Positions 30,281-40,096 of a stretch of DNA of 64,000 bases are shown piece by piece. The position numbers and the translations under genes are program-made. Under the pieces are notes generated by a model. It was not told the origin of the DNA. It made no database searches and was given only the letters and a program-made list of their open reading frames with translations. Each line of letters starts with the position of its first letter. The stretch's first letter is position 1. Where the stretch lies: NCBI GenBank assembly GCA_046292385.1, contig JBKBRF010000011.1, forward strand, positions 1 through 64,000. Direction: 5' to 3'. Source of the DNA: Armatimonadota bacterium (lineage in GTDB: Bacteria; Armatimonadota; SYMT01).

Positions 30281-30695
30281 CCGCACCTCACTCGCCGCAC
30301 CGCCAGGCCCCGCACCCCGTTCTATATCGCACCCCTCCTCCTGCCATCGAACCATGACTCGACCACGGAGCAGATCCGAGCGCGGCGTGGGGCGCTGTGC
30401 CCACGCAGGATCTGCGCTTCCGACAGGAGGGAGCCGCCCCGAGAACAGACCGAGCACACTGCGGAAGCTTGCTTTCGCCCGGGGGCACTCCGGGGTAGGC
30501 AGGAGGCACCTCAAAGCGGCAGCAAGCTGCCGCACTCCACAGACTTACCCGCATCCGGATCCCGCTTGCCGAAAGGGTTCCGGAACGACCCGTGTCCCGC
30601 GATTCCTACGGGCTGACGGGATCCGGCATCCGTTCCCGCCGTACATCGGCGGACGAGTGGCACTGCCGCGGCAGGCTGCGCCATACTGAGGACGA

Positions 30696-31247
30696 ATGAG
30701 ACTCCGATCTACTACTATCGTCGCGGTCCGCAAGAACGGGACCGTCGCCCTAGCCGGGGATGGACAGGTGACCCTCGGCGAGCACGCGGTGAAGCACACC
30801 GCCCGCAAGATCTTGCGCCTGGCGGACGGCAAGGTCCTGGCCGGCTTCGCGGGAGGCGCGGCGGACGCCCTTTCCCTGCTCGACCGCGTGGAAAACCATC
30901 TCCGGGAGGGACCGGGCGACCTGGAGCGCGCGGTGATGCAGTTCGCGCGGGAATGGCGCACCGACCGCATGCTGCGCCGGCTGGAGGCGATGCTCGTGGT
31001 GGCGAACCACCAGCACACCTTCGTGATCAGCGGCAACGGCGACGTGCTGCGGCCGGACGAGGACGTGGTGGCGATCGGCTCCGGCGGCTCGATGGCCCAC
31101 GCCGCGGCCCTGGCCCTGCACCGGCACACCGATCTGCCGGCGGAGACGATCGCCCGCGAGGCGATCCACATCGCCGGGAGCCTCTGCATCTATACCAATG
31201 AGAACGTGACGCTGGAAGTCCTGCCGGCTTCCGGCGGAGCAGGATAG
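30696..31247 (+). CDS. hslV: ATP-dependent protease subunit HslV
   Basis: [47 protein letters not shown]. Confidence 0.97.
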   Translation: MRLRSTTIVAVRKNGTVALAGDGQVTLGEHAVKHTARKILRLADGKVLAGFAGGAADALSLLDRVENHLREGPGDLERAVMQFAREWRTDRMLRRLEAMLVVANHQHTFVISGNGDVLRPDEDVVAIGSGGSMAHAAALALHRHTDLPAETIAREAIHIAGSLCIYTNENVTLEVLPASGGAG

Positions 31248-31252
31248 CAGCT

Positions 31253-32671
31253 TTGGACGCCTCAGCAGACCTCACCCCGCGGCAGATCGTCGCGGAGCTC
31301 GACAAGTTCATCGTCGGCCAGCCGGGCGCCAAGCGGGCGGTCGCCATTGCCCTGCGCAACCGGTACCGCCGCCGGCAGCTCCAGCCGCCGCTGCGGGACG
31401 AGGTGATCCCGAAGAACATCCTGATGATCGGGCCGACCGGCGTGGGCAAGACCGAGATCGCCCGCCGCCTCGCCCGCCTCGCCAGCGCGCCGTTCGTGAA
31501 GGTGGAGGCGACGAAGTTCACCGAGGTCGGCTACGTCGGCAAAGACGTCGACAGCATGATCCGGGACCTCGCCCAGATCTCCTACCAGCTCGTGGAGTCC
31601 GAAAAGACCCAGGAGGTGCGCGGCCGGGCGGCGGAGCGGGTGGAGGAGCGGCTGCTCGACCTGCTCCATCCCCTCCCCCGCAGCGAGAGCCAGCAGCCGT
31701 CGCTCTTCCTCGGATTCGGCGGCGCGGAGCGGGCGTCGTCCCCGGAAGAGGACGAGCGCCAGAAGAAGCGGGTGGAGCAGGCGGAGCGGATCCGCGCGCG
31801 GCTCAAGGAGCAGCTCGAGATGGGCGTGCTCGACGACCGCAAGGTGGAGGTCGAGGTGGAGGAGACGGGCGGCGGCATGAGCTTCGCCCCGGTCTTCACC
31901 AACCAGGGGATGGAGGAGATGGGCTTCAGCTTCCAGGAGATGCTCGGCAACATGATGCCGGGCCGGAAGCGCACCCGCCGCGTCACCGTGGCGGAGGCCC
32001 GGGAGCTGCTGATCCAGGAAGAGGCCCGCAAGCTGATCGACCAGGACGCCGTGAAGCGAGAGGCAGTTCAGCGCGCGGAGCAGGACGGCATCATCTTCAT
32101 TGACGAGATCGATAAGGTCGCGAGCCGGGGCGCCGGGCAGCAGGGTCCGGACGTCTCCCGGGGCGGCGTGCAGCGGGACATCCTGCCGATCATCGAAGGC
32201 TCCACGGTGCAGACGAAGTACGGCCCGGTCCGTACCGACCACATCCTCTTCATCGCCGCCGGCGCCTTCCACGTGAGCAAGCCGAGCGACCTGATCCCGG
32301 AGCTTCAGGGCCGCCTTCCGATCCGCGTGGAGCTGGACAACCTGACCGAGCAGGACTTCCGCCGCATCCTCTCCGAGCCGGAGAACGCCCTCACCAAGCA
32401 GTACACCGCCCTGCTCGGAACGGAGGGTGTGAGCCTGGAGTTCACCGACGAGGGGATCTCGGAGCTCGCCCGCGTGGCGGCGGAGGTGAACCAGCGGACC
32501 GAGAACATCGGCGCGCGCCGCCTCCACACCATCCTGGAGCGGCTGCTGGAAGACGTCTCCTTCGACGCCCCGGAAGAGGTGGCCGGCACCGTCACGATCG
32601 ACGCCGCCTACGTCCGCCAGAAGCTGGACCAGATCGCTACGGACCAGGAGCTAGCCCGATACATCCTCTAG
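31253..32671 (+). CDS. hslU: ATP-dependent protease ATPase subunit HslU
   Basis: [54 protein letters not shown] start. Confidence 0.97.
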   Translation: MDASADLTPRQIVAELDKFIVGQPGAKRAVAIALRNRYRRRQLQPPLRDEVIPKNILMIGPTGVGKTEIARRLARLASAPFVKVEATKFTEVGYVGKDVDSMIRDLAQISYQLVESEKTQEVRGRAAERVEERLLDLLHPLPRSESQQPSLFLGFGGAERASSPEEDERQKKRVEQAERIRARLKEQLEMGVLDDRKVEVEVEETGGGMSFAPVFTNQGMEEMGFSFQEMLGNMMPGRKRTRRVTVAEARELLIQEEARKLIDQDAVKREAVQRAEQDGIIFIDEIDKVASRGAGQQGPDVSRGGVQRDILPIIEGSTVQTKYGPVRTDHILFIAAGAFHVSKPSDLIPELQGRLPIRVELDNLTEQDFRRILSEPENALTKQYTALLGTEGVSLEFTDEGISELARVAAEVNQRTENIGARRLHTILERLLEDVSFDAPEEVAGTVTIDAAYVRQKLDQIATDQELARYIL

Positions 32672-32707
32672 CTAGAAGAAAGACGAAAGAAGAGAGAAGA
32701 GAGGGGC

Positions 32708-33574
32708 CTACTCCGGGGAGGCGGGTCGGGGTAGGGCGGTGGGGTCGGCGGTGGGCGGGGTGCCCGGGAGTGGGAGGGATTCGGCGCCGGGCGCCGTGGC
32801 GGGAAGCGGCAGATCGGTGGTGCCGGCGATGCCGAGTGCCTGCTCTACCTGATCCAATGCTTTGCGGATGATGCGGCGCTCCGGCAGCCGCCATGCGGCG
32901 CTCCGGCGGCGGAGCGCGGCCAGCGCGGGCTCCAGCGGCAGATCGGTCCGCGTGGCGGCGAGACGGCCCACCTCCCGCGCCGCCTCCAGCCGGACCTCCA
33001 ACTCCGGGTCGTGGATCGCCCGGCAGAGCGTGGGGAAGGCAGCGGGCGTCACGCGCCGGGCCAGCTCCAGCACCAGGTCGACCCGGAATGCTGCCGATCT
33101 CTCCGGGTTGAACGGGGAGTCTCGGAAGCGCGCGAAGAAGCCCTGGCGCGACACTGGACGCGGCTCCGCCGCCAGTCGCAGCTCCGCCTCCAGCGCATCG
33201 GCGAGCACCCCGGCCACCGCCTCCGTCCGGAGCTCCGCCAGCGCGGCCAGCGCGGCGCACCGCACCCGCATCTCCGGATCGGCCAGCGCCCGGCCCAGCA
33301 GCTCTACCGCGGCCACGCACCGCAAGAGGCCCAGGCTGCGGACCGCCTGTTCTCGCACCCGCGCATCGCGATCGGTCGTGGCCTTGCAGAGAGCCTCCAC
33401 CACGAAGGGAAACGGATAATGTGCGAGCCGGAGCGCGGCTTCTGCGCGATCCGCTGAGTGTACTCCCGCCAGCAGGCGCACCCACCGCCGGGCGATCAGC
33501 TCGTCCGCCGAGCGCTCGATCTGGCTGCCTTCCCGGCGGGCCTGAATGGAGAATCGTTTCCGGCGCTCGCTCAT
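32708..33574 (-). CDS. HEAT-repeat protein with a Pro-rich LPxP tail
   Basis: D.D..VR..A..ALG-type repeats (DRDARVREQAVRSLG, DPEMRVRCAALAALA, DPELEVRLEAAREVG); GGAG RBS before ATG 33574. Confidence 0.8.
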   Translation of the reverse strand: MSERRKRFSIQARREGSQIERSADELIARRWVRLLAGVHSADRAEAALRLAHYPFPFVVEALCKATTDRDARVREQAVRSLGLLRCVAAVELLGRALADPEMRVRCAALAALAELRTEAVAGVLADALEAELRLAAEPRPVSRQGFFARFRDSPFNPERSAAFRVDLVLELARRVTPAAFPTLCRAIHDPELEVRLEAAREVGRLAATRTDLPLEPALAALRRRSAAWRLPERRIIRKALDQVEQALGIAGTTDLPLPATAPGAESLPLPGTPPTADPTALPRPASPE

Positions 33575-33784
33575 CGCTCCCCTCCCGCGGCTCCTATTCT
33601 TACTCAAGAGGCCGGTCGTACCGGGACCAGCCGAGCATAAAGCGGCGGGGTCCCCGGCGCCAGGTTCGGATTCATCCTTCATCCCTCCGCTCTCATCGTT
33701 CGCAAGCGCGCCGGTTGCCCGGAGGTCGCCAGCGAGCAGGAGCAAGAGTCAGAGCAGGAGCTTCCGTACACGGAGGGTTCGGTC

Positions 33785-33815
33785 CTCTGCACTCCGTCCT
33801 CTGCACTCCGTCCTC
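33785..33815. repeat. 14-bp tandem unit (CTCTGCACTCCGTC), dispersed
   Basis: 31 bp that are the exact reverse complement of 47815-47845. Confidence 0.75.
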
Positions 33816-34626
33816 AGAATGGCTCCTTCTCGTTCTCCTTCTCCTTCTCAAGCTCGGAGTCCGGGTCGCGCCTCAGCATCGAAGGCATGGGCAGTCCTTC
33901 CGGGTCTGCCGAAGGCGGGTTTGCCGGGCGGGGCAGGGTTTCCTCGCCGGGCCCGGGAACGGCGGCGGGGATCGGGAGGTCCGTATAGAGCGCGCGCTCC
34001 ACGGCAGCCAGCGTCTCCTGAAACACGTGCTGGTCCTTTCCCCAGATCCGGGCGAGCATCCGCAGCGGCACCAGCGCCTCTTCCAGCTCCGGTCCGGGGC
34101 ACCGCTCCGCGAGGCGACTGAGTGCCTGCGCCGCCAGGACGCGATAGGAGAGGCCGACTACCGTGGTCCGGGCATCGAGCAGCGCGTCACAGAGCGCGGG
34201 GACGACGGTACGATCTCCGAATTGCGCCAGCGCTCCCAGCGCGGAGAGACTGATCGAAGGGTCGGGGTCGCGCACCAGCGCGCGGATGGTGGGCAGCGAC
34301 GCCGGGTTCTGCTTCGCGCTGAGGGCTCGAAGCGCGCGGAGACGGATCCGCTGCGGTCGCTCCGGCGAGACCGCCGCGCACAGCGCCTCCTGGGCCTCCG
34401 GGGTGTCGTACCACTCCAGGGTGGAGATCGCGGCGAGGCACTCGCCGACGTCTGACGACGCACGCAGCCGCTCCCCAACCTGCGCCGCCGCCGCCGCGGT
34501 CTGGCGCTGCCGCTCTTCCGAGAGCTCCGGCTCTAAGTCGGCCCAGAGCTTCGTCGGCTGCTCCCGCCCGGAGCGACAGGCCCGGAGCAGGCGCTGCCAG
34601 AGCCACGCCAGTGTCGGCGCCTGCAC
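33814..34626 (-). CDS. HEAT-repeat protein with a Pro-rich LPxP tail (paralogue of the neighbour)
   Basis: IRLRALRALS, DPDPSISLSALGALAQFGDRTVVPALCDAL, RVLAAQALSRL; GTG start 2 bp after the upstream stop (inferred). Confidence 0.75.
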   Translation of the reverse strand: MQAPTLAWLWQRLLRACRSGREQPTKLWADLEPELSEERQRQTAAAAAQVGERLRASSDVGECLAAISTLEWYDTPEAQEALCAAVSPERPQRIRLRALRALSAKQNPASLPTIRALVRDPDPSISLSALGALAQFGDRTVVPALCDALLDARTTVVGLSYRVLAAQALSRLAERCPGPELEEALVPLRMLARIWGKDQHVFQETLAAVERALYTDLPIPAAVPGPGEETLPRPANPPSADPEGLPMPSMLRRDPDSELEKEKENEKEPF

Positions 34627-34628
34627 CG

Positions 34629-35444
34629 CTACCGGCCGCTCCCGAGCCGGGCGACGATGATCCCGAGCGCTTCCTGCATCTGGATCGACTGCTCCTCCAG
34701 GTCCAGCAGCACGTAGCAGACCTGGCTCAACCCCAGGAAGAGGACCCACATCACGACGCCGGAGATCAGCGTGAAGAGGGCGCTGGTGTAGAAGAGCTTC
34801 GGGATGGCGCTGCGGAAGCCGCCGAACATCAGGTCGCTCATCGCTCGAGAGGGATCGGGACGGGAGATGCCAAGGTCGCCGAGCCCGCCGCCGGAGAGCC
34901 CGCCCTCCCCTTCCAGCCCCTCGGATCCGAGCACCCCGCCGAGGCCGCCGCCCGGAGTTCCGCCTGGCGTGGGGAAGCGGAGGGTCGACGACGAGGGCGC
35001 CTGCGCGGCGAAGCGGTCCGCGGCCATACCGGACATGAAGAGCATGAACGCGCCGATCACGGAGAGGATCAGCGTGACCCAGGCGGAGGAGACGCAGATG
35101 CCGGCCGTCAGCCGCAGGGCACTCCGCTTCCGGCGCGGCGGCGGCATGAACGGGACGGCCGGGACCGGTGCCGGGGCCGAGGCAGGTGCGGACGGCGGCG
35201 CTGCGCCCTGCGGCGGACGCCATTCCGGCTGCGGCGGCGGGCCGGGAACGCCCTGCTGCGGCGGCCGCTGCGTGACGGGCGGCACGGCCGGCGGTCCCGC
35301 GGGCCGCGGCGCCGCGCCGGGACGGGCGCCCGGTGGAGGCGGCGGACCGGGGCGGCCGGAGCTCCCGGCGGGCGGACCGGCGGGACGCGGCTGGGGGCCG
35401 GGGGCGCCGGGGCGGCCGGAGCCGGGCGGGGGCTGCTGCATCAC
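34629..35444 (-). CDS. Hypothetical membrane protein with a long Pro-rich N-terminus and 2 TM helices
   Basis: About 100 aa P/G/A-rich region, TM, Gly-rich loop, TM, LLDLEEQ; GAGG RBS. Confidence 0.75.
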   Translation of the reverse strand: MMQQPPPGSGRPGAPGPQPRPAGPPAGSSGRPGPPPPPGARPGAAPRPAGPPAVPPVTQRPPQQGVPGPPPQPEWRPPQGAAPPSAPASAPAPVPAVPFMPPPRRKRSALRLTAGICVSSAWVTLILSVIGAFMLFMSGMAADRFAAQAPSSSTLRFPTPGGTPGGGLGGVLGSEGLEGEGGLSGGGLGDLGISRPDPSRAMSDLMFGGFRSAIPKLFYTSALFTLISGVVMWVLFLGLSQVCYVLLDLEEQSIQMQEALGIIVARLGSGR

Positions 35445-35652
35445 GTTACCTCGGAGGTGGGGAGTGGGTGCGCCGGCGGCGGGCTGGCCGGGCCGGTCGC
35501 TTCCTTATCTTCGATACTACCACGGTCCGCTTTGTTCCCCCTCTCGAACTGGAACCCGGCTCCGGCGCGAGGGAATGCGGGGCGCCACAGTGAAGCTAAG
35601 CGCCGTAGGCGCCGGCATTGGTGGTGGCGCCGCGATTCGGTGGAGATACCTC

Positions 35653-37014
35653 ATGAGCGATAAGTCCTCCCGCAGGGAGTTCCTGGACCGCACCGGCCGC
35701 ACGGTTTCCGCCGTGACCCTGGGCCTCGCGAGCAGCGACTTCCTCACCCAACGCGCCGCGTGGGCCGCACACACCCAGGCCGAAGTGAAGCCGAAGACCG
35801 CCGGACAGGCGCCGGTGATGGCGCTGATCGGCTGCGGCGGCATGGGCCGCGGCAACATGAACAACCTGATCGGCCACGGCATCCCGTTCGCCGCCGTCTG
35901 CGACGTGGACGAGAGCCACATGCGCGCCGCCGCCGACGAGGTAGAGAAGCGCCAGCGCAAGCGGCCGGAGATGATCAAGGACTTCCGCAAGGTGATCGAG
36001 CGGAAAGATATCGACGCCGTGGTGATCGCCACGCCGGACCACTGGCACGCCCTCCCCACCATCTACGCGGCGCAGGCGGGGAAGGACATGCACCTGGAGA
36101 AGCCGATCTGCCACAACATCACCGAAGGCCGGGTGATGGTCAACGCGGTGAAGCGGAACAAGAACGTGGTGCAGGTCGGCACCTGGCAGCGCAGCACGCC
36201 GGAGTTCGTCGACGCGATCGACTACATCCGCAAGGGCCGGCTCGGCAAGGTGACGGTGGTCCGCGCCTGGAAGACCGACGACTTCCGCATGGGCAAGAAT
36301 GCCACGAAGGAGCCGCCCAGGGAGCTCGACTACGACTTCTGGATCGGCCCGGCGGAGATGGTGCCGTACACCGGCAAGAACACCCACTTCGACTGGCGCT
36401 GGTACTGGAACTACGCCGCCGGCATGACCGGCGATTGGGGCGTCCACATGATGGACATCGGCCTGCTCGGCATGAGTCCCGGCACCGACCTGGTGATGCC
36501 GACCGAAGTCTCCGCCTACGGCGGCAAGCTGGCCTGGCCGGATGACGACCGCACCACGCCGGACACCCACGTGGCGATCATGCAGTTCCCGGGCTTCGTG
36601 TTCCATTGGGAGACGGGCCGCAAGCCGGTCGACGGCACCAACTCCGCCCACAACAACGCCACGCAGTTCGTGGCGGCGGACGGCAGCTCCCTCACCGTGT
36701 GGCGCGGCGGCTGGAGTGTGAAGGGCCCGGACGGCAAAGAGCGGGAGAAGACCACCGATCCCGCCTTCCGCGGCAAGTACGACCACATGCAGAACTTCCT
36801 GGACTGCATCGTCTCCCGCGAGCAGCCGCGCAGCCACCTGGAGTCGATGTACCAGACCACCACGGTCTGCCACCTGGCCAACGTCGCCTACCTCGCCGGA
36901 GAGCCGGTCCGGTGGAGCAAGGAGAAGAACGACATCGTCGGTAAGGCCGGTAAGGACACGCTGGCATACCAGCGCAAGTACCGCAAGCCGTGGTCGCTCC
37001 CGAAGATCGGGTAG
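35653..37014 (+). CDS. Tat-exported Gfo/Idh/MocA oxidoreductase
   Basis: SRREFL Tat motif; LIGCGGMG, IATPDHWHA, EKP, QVGTWQRS, DWGVHMMD. Confidence 0.93.
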   Translation: MSDKSSRREFLDRTGRTVSAVTLGLASSDFLTQRAAWAAHTQAEVKPKTAGQAPVMALIGCGGMGRGNMNNLIGHGIPFAAVCDVDESHMRAAADEVEKRQRKRPEMIKDFRKVIERKDIDAVVIATPDHWHALPTIYAAQAGKDMHLEKPICHNITEGRVMVNAVKRNKNVVQVGTWQRSTPEFVDAIDYIRKGRLGKVTVVRAWKTDDFRMGKNATKEPPRELDYDFWIGPAEMVPYTGKNTHFDWRWYWNYAAGMTGDWGVHMMDIGLLGMSPGTDLVMPTEVSAYGGKLAWPDDDRTTPDTHVAIMQFPGFVFHWETGRKPVDGTNSAHNNATQFVAADGSSLTVWRGGWSVKGPDGKEREKTTDPAFRGKYDHMQNFLDCIVSREQPRSHLESMYQTTTVCHLANVAYLAGEPVRWSKEKNDIVGKAGKDTLAYQRKYRKPWSLPKIG

Positions 37015-37305
37015 GCTTCCGGGATTCCTGACACAGAGGGACACAGAAGAACCTACGGAGGGGACACAGAGGAACTCCCTCGCTCTAGGACCGGAGCCTC
37101 CATTTCCCAATCGCGGTCATCCTGACCGGCGGGAAGGATCTCGGCAGCCGCGCTGGGGCGGAGTACGCCGGCACGTCACGAGGACTAAGCCGGCGACTCC
37201 GCCCGCACGGTTCCCGCTCCCTTCGGCGGCACCGCACCCGCCGGCGTGGAACGGTTGCCGGAGCACGGCTTACCGCCGTGCTCCCGATCGTCTTCGAGGC
37301 TGAAC

Positions 37306-38961
37306 ATGAGACCACTCGCTCTCATTCTGCTGCTGGCCATCGGGTTTGCCGCGGGCACTTCAGCCAGTCGCGCGGCGGAGCCAGAAGCGGGGTTAGAAGG
37401 TGATTCACGGCTCCGGCGTCGGGTTTCATTGGAGGTCCGACACGCACCGGTAGACGAAGTCGTTCAGCAGGTCGCACAGCAGTCCGGAGTATCGCTGCAG
37501 GTCTCTGGAGATGCCGCCGACCTCCGGATTACCGGTCTGGTCTCGGAAGTGCCCCTGGGCGGATTCATGGCTCAGCTCGGCACGCTGCTGAATTTGACGT
37601 GGCGCCGCGCGGGGAATGTCGAGGCGGAGTACTCCTACACGCTGCTCGCTACCGACGCTGATCGCGCACGGCTTGCAGCGGAACAGCGCGCAAACTGGAT
37701 GCGACTGAAGCAAAGGATGCAGCGGCTCATTCGCGCTCTCGGCGGAGCCGGCGATCCGGTCGCAGAGCGGTTTGCAGCGCTGCCGGCCATCCGCGGGTCG
37801 GTGCAGATGCTTGCTGCGCTCCCGCCCACGTGGTTCGACGAGCTCCTGAAAGCGGGGAGGCTGCAGATACGCGCCGCGGATATGACCCCGGCGCAGCAGC
37901 AGGCCCTACGGACCTTGCAGGAGAGCCGTCGTAGCGCTCTTCTCTCTCTCCCGCCATCCGACGCGGAAATGCCGAATACCCCGGCGCACACGAACCCGGC
38001 TCCGCCGGCCCACGTGGGCGTGGAGTTGGAGATCGATCGTCGTTTTGGAGACGGCGACCGTGCCAGGGTTCTGCTGCGGGTGATCGATGCTTCCGGTCGG
38101 GGTGGAGGGGTCGGGCTGCAAGACGTGCCCAGGCCCATTCCGGACGCGCTCTCGGAGGCACGGCATTTTGGCTCTCGCCGAATCGCCCTACAACCGAGTC
38201 GCCCGCTGCAACTGCCCTCCGGCGCTGTGAGGTGGGAGGAGACCCTGCTCCTCTTCGCGCGCGAGAATAGGATCAACGTGCTATCCGATGCATTCGATCC
38301 CGACCATGCTCGTACGCCCAGTCCGTCACCCCCGCAGGCCGAGAGTGCGGATCCGCCGGATCGCAGATTGGATCAGCTCTGCTATCCCTACGATTACACC
38401 TGGAATGCGGCGGGCCCGCTCGTGCTCTTCCGTCAACGCGATTGGTATTTCGAGCGCGAGCGACAGATCCCGGAGCGCCTGGCGCGAGAATGGCGTAAGA
38501 GTGCGCGTCAGCGTGGCAGCTACTCACTCGACGAACTTGCGGGAATGGCAGAGCTTCCCGGTGCACAACGACTAAAGCTTCGGGCTTACGCAGGCACAGA
38601 AGCGGCGAGCACCGTGCTGCGCTTCCGGAATCTTCTCGTGCTCTGGGCACGGCTGAGTGCCGAGCAGAAGGCGATGGCCCAGTCAGCAGGGTTGCCGGTA
38701 GAGCGGGTCGGCATGGGGCTACACCCCCTTCTCCTCTCGCTGGCGCAGCGAGTGCGACCGGAATCGCGGGAATTCGCGCGTTCACTGAGCCGCATACGCG
38801 TCCAGGGGCGTGTTTCTCCCCCCACTACCTCGGTACTGTTCAGCTTCCGAGACGGAGTTACGAAACAAGTCGACCTCTCCCGAGGCGCCAATCCTGCGGA
38901 GGACCCGCTGGGGAGCGCAGGGACTGCCGTGGTAGCGCCCACCGGCCCGACTTTGCAGTGA
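37306..38961 (+). CDS. Hypothetical secreted protein with an STN/secretin-N-like domain
   Basis: Signal peptide; DSRLRRRVSLEV..VAQQSGVSL pattern; visibly more A/T at third codon positions than the flanks. Confidence 0.7.
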   Translation: MRPLALILLLAIGFAAGTSASRAAEPEAGLEGDSRLRRRVSLEVRHAPVDEVVQQVAQQSGVSLQVSGDAADLRITGLVSEVPLGGFMAQLGTLLNLTWRRAGNVEAEYSYTLLATDADRARLAAEQRANWMRLKQRMQRLIRALGGAGDPVAERFAALPAIRGSVQMLAALPPTWFDELLKAGRLQIRAADMTPAQQQALRTLQESRRSALLSLPPSDAEMPNTPAHTNPAPPAHVGVELEIDRRFGDGDRARVLLRVIDASGRGGGVGLQDVPRPIPDALSEARHFGSRRIALQPSRPLQLPSGAVRWEETLLLFARENRINVLSDAFDPDHARTPSPSPPQAESADPPDRRLDQLCYPYDYTWNAAGPLVLFRQRDWYFERERQIPERLAREWRKSARQRGSYSLDELAGMAELPGAQRLKLRAYAGTEAASTVLRFRNLLVLWARLSAEQKAMAQSAGLPVERVGMGLHPLLLSLAQRVRPESREFARSLSRIRVQGRVSPPTTSVLFSFRDGVTKQVDLSRGANPAEDPLGSAGTAVVAPTGPTLQ

Positions 38962-39013
38962 GACCCAGCGGGAGCTGTGGAGCCCTGGGGAGCCCGGCGA
39001 GAGTAACGAGCCC

Positions 39014-40096
39014 CTACAGCCGCAGCTCCTGGTAGGGGTGCTCGCACGGCTGGAGGTCGGTGATCCACATCCGGCGCTCGCTCAGGTCCATCACCACGGA
39101 GGTGACGGTGAGCGACCGCTCCGCGGGGGCGAGCGTCGGATCGGGGTGCCGGCAGATCGCGTTGGGGTACTGGTCGTGGTCCCGCAGCGCCGCCTGGATC
39201 TTCTCCAGGGTGAGCGGCCTGGCGGCGCGGAGTAGCGCCCCCAGGCGGCAGTGACGCTTCTCGGAGAAGTGACGGCGCGGGTTGGGGGGCTGCTCCACCC
39301 CGGTCCGCTCCGGGTCGACGAAGTGGTTGGCGTGCACCAGCACTCCCTCTTCCGCCTCCAGGCGAGAGAGCCGCTCCGGAGCGGTCTCCAGGTCGAGAAT
39401 CCGGTCCGGGGCCTGGCCGAGCAGGAAGTTGGTGGAGCAGGAGCGGGCCGGCTCGGTCACCACCCGCACCGCATCGTCCAGGGCGCGCTTCCGCAAGATC
39501 TCGTAGCAGCGGACGTGGAACGGCTTGCGGAGCCGGGACCAGTCGTCTTCCGTGGAGAGGAGGCCGTTGATGCCGAGCCCCAGTCCCTCCGAGTTGAGCC
39601 CGATCTTGCCGCCGACGATACCCGCCTGGGTGAAGCTGAGGCTGCGCATGCCGTCGGGATCGGTGGAGTGGAGCACCGCCCCCTGCACGTCCGGGATCCA
39701 GTCCCAGTTTTGCCCCAGCCAGAGATGACCGTTCTCCGCGGCCTCCGGCGCGATGGCGAAGGCGGTGCAGCCGTCCCCTTCCTCCATCGCGTTGCGGGTC
39801 CAGCGGTCGTAGAGCAGCTCGTAGCGGACGTTGAGCGCGGTCACGAAGTCGGCGTCGAGACCGCTGCCCTCGATCACGCCGCGCAGTCCTTCGGCATAGT
39901 CCCCGTTGCTCTCCGCGATCACCCGGCGGTAAGCGCGCGCCCGCTCCCGCACCTCGTCCGGAGAGACGCCGACCTCCGACTGGAACCGGGCCAGGTAGAC
40001 TTCGATGTTGCGGGCGATCCGGTCCCGGAGCGCCTCCCCGTGCGCCAGGCCCTGCTGGTACGGCGACCCGGTAAGCTGGAGCACCGGTAGGCTCAT
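39014..40096 (-). CDS. C45 family autoproteolytic acyltransferase/hydrolase (Ntn)
   Basis: G.PYQQGLAHG, LNVRYEL, DGCT (Ntn cysteine), GQNWDW, GLNSEG, HANHF; ATGA coupling. Confidence 0.92.
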   Translation of the reverse strand: MSLPVLQLTGSPYQQGLAHGEALRDRIARNIEVYLARFQSEVGVSPDEVRERARAYRRVIAESNGDYAEGLRGVIEGSGLDADFVTALNVRYELLYDRWTRNAMEEGDGCTAFAIAPEAAENGHLWLGQNWDWIPDVQGAVLHSTDPDGMRSLSFTQAGIVGGKIGLNSEGLGLGINGLLSTEDDWSRLRKPFHVRCYEILRKRALDDAVRVVTEPARSCSTNFLLGQAPDRILDLETAPERLSRLEAEEGVLVHANHFVDPERTGVEQPPNPRRHFSEKRHCRLGALLRAARPLTLEKIQAALRDHDQYPNAICRHPDPTLAPAERSLTVTSVVMDLSERRMWITDLQPCEHPYQELRL

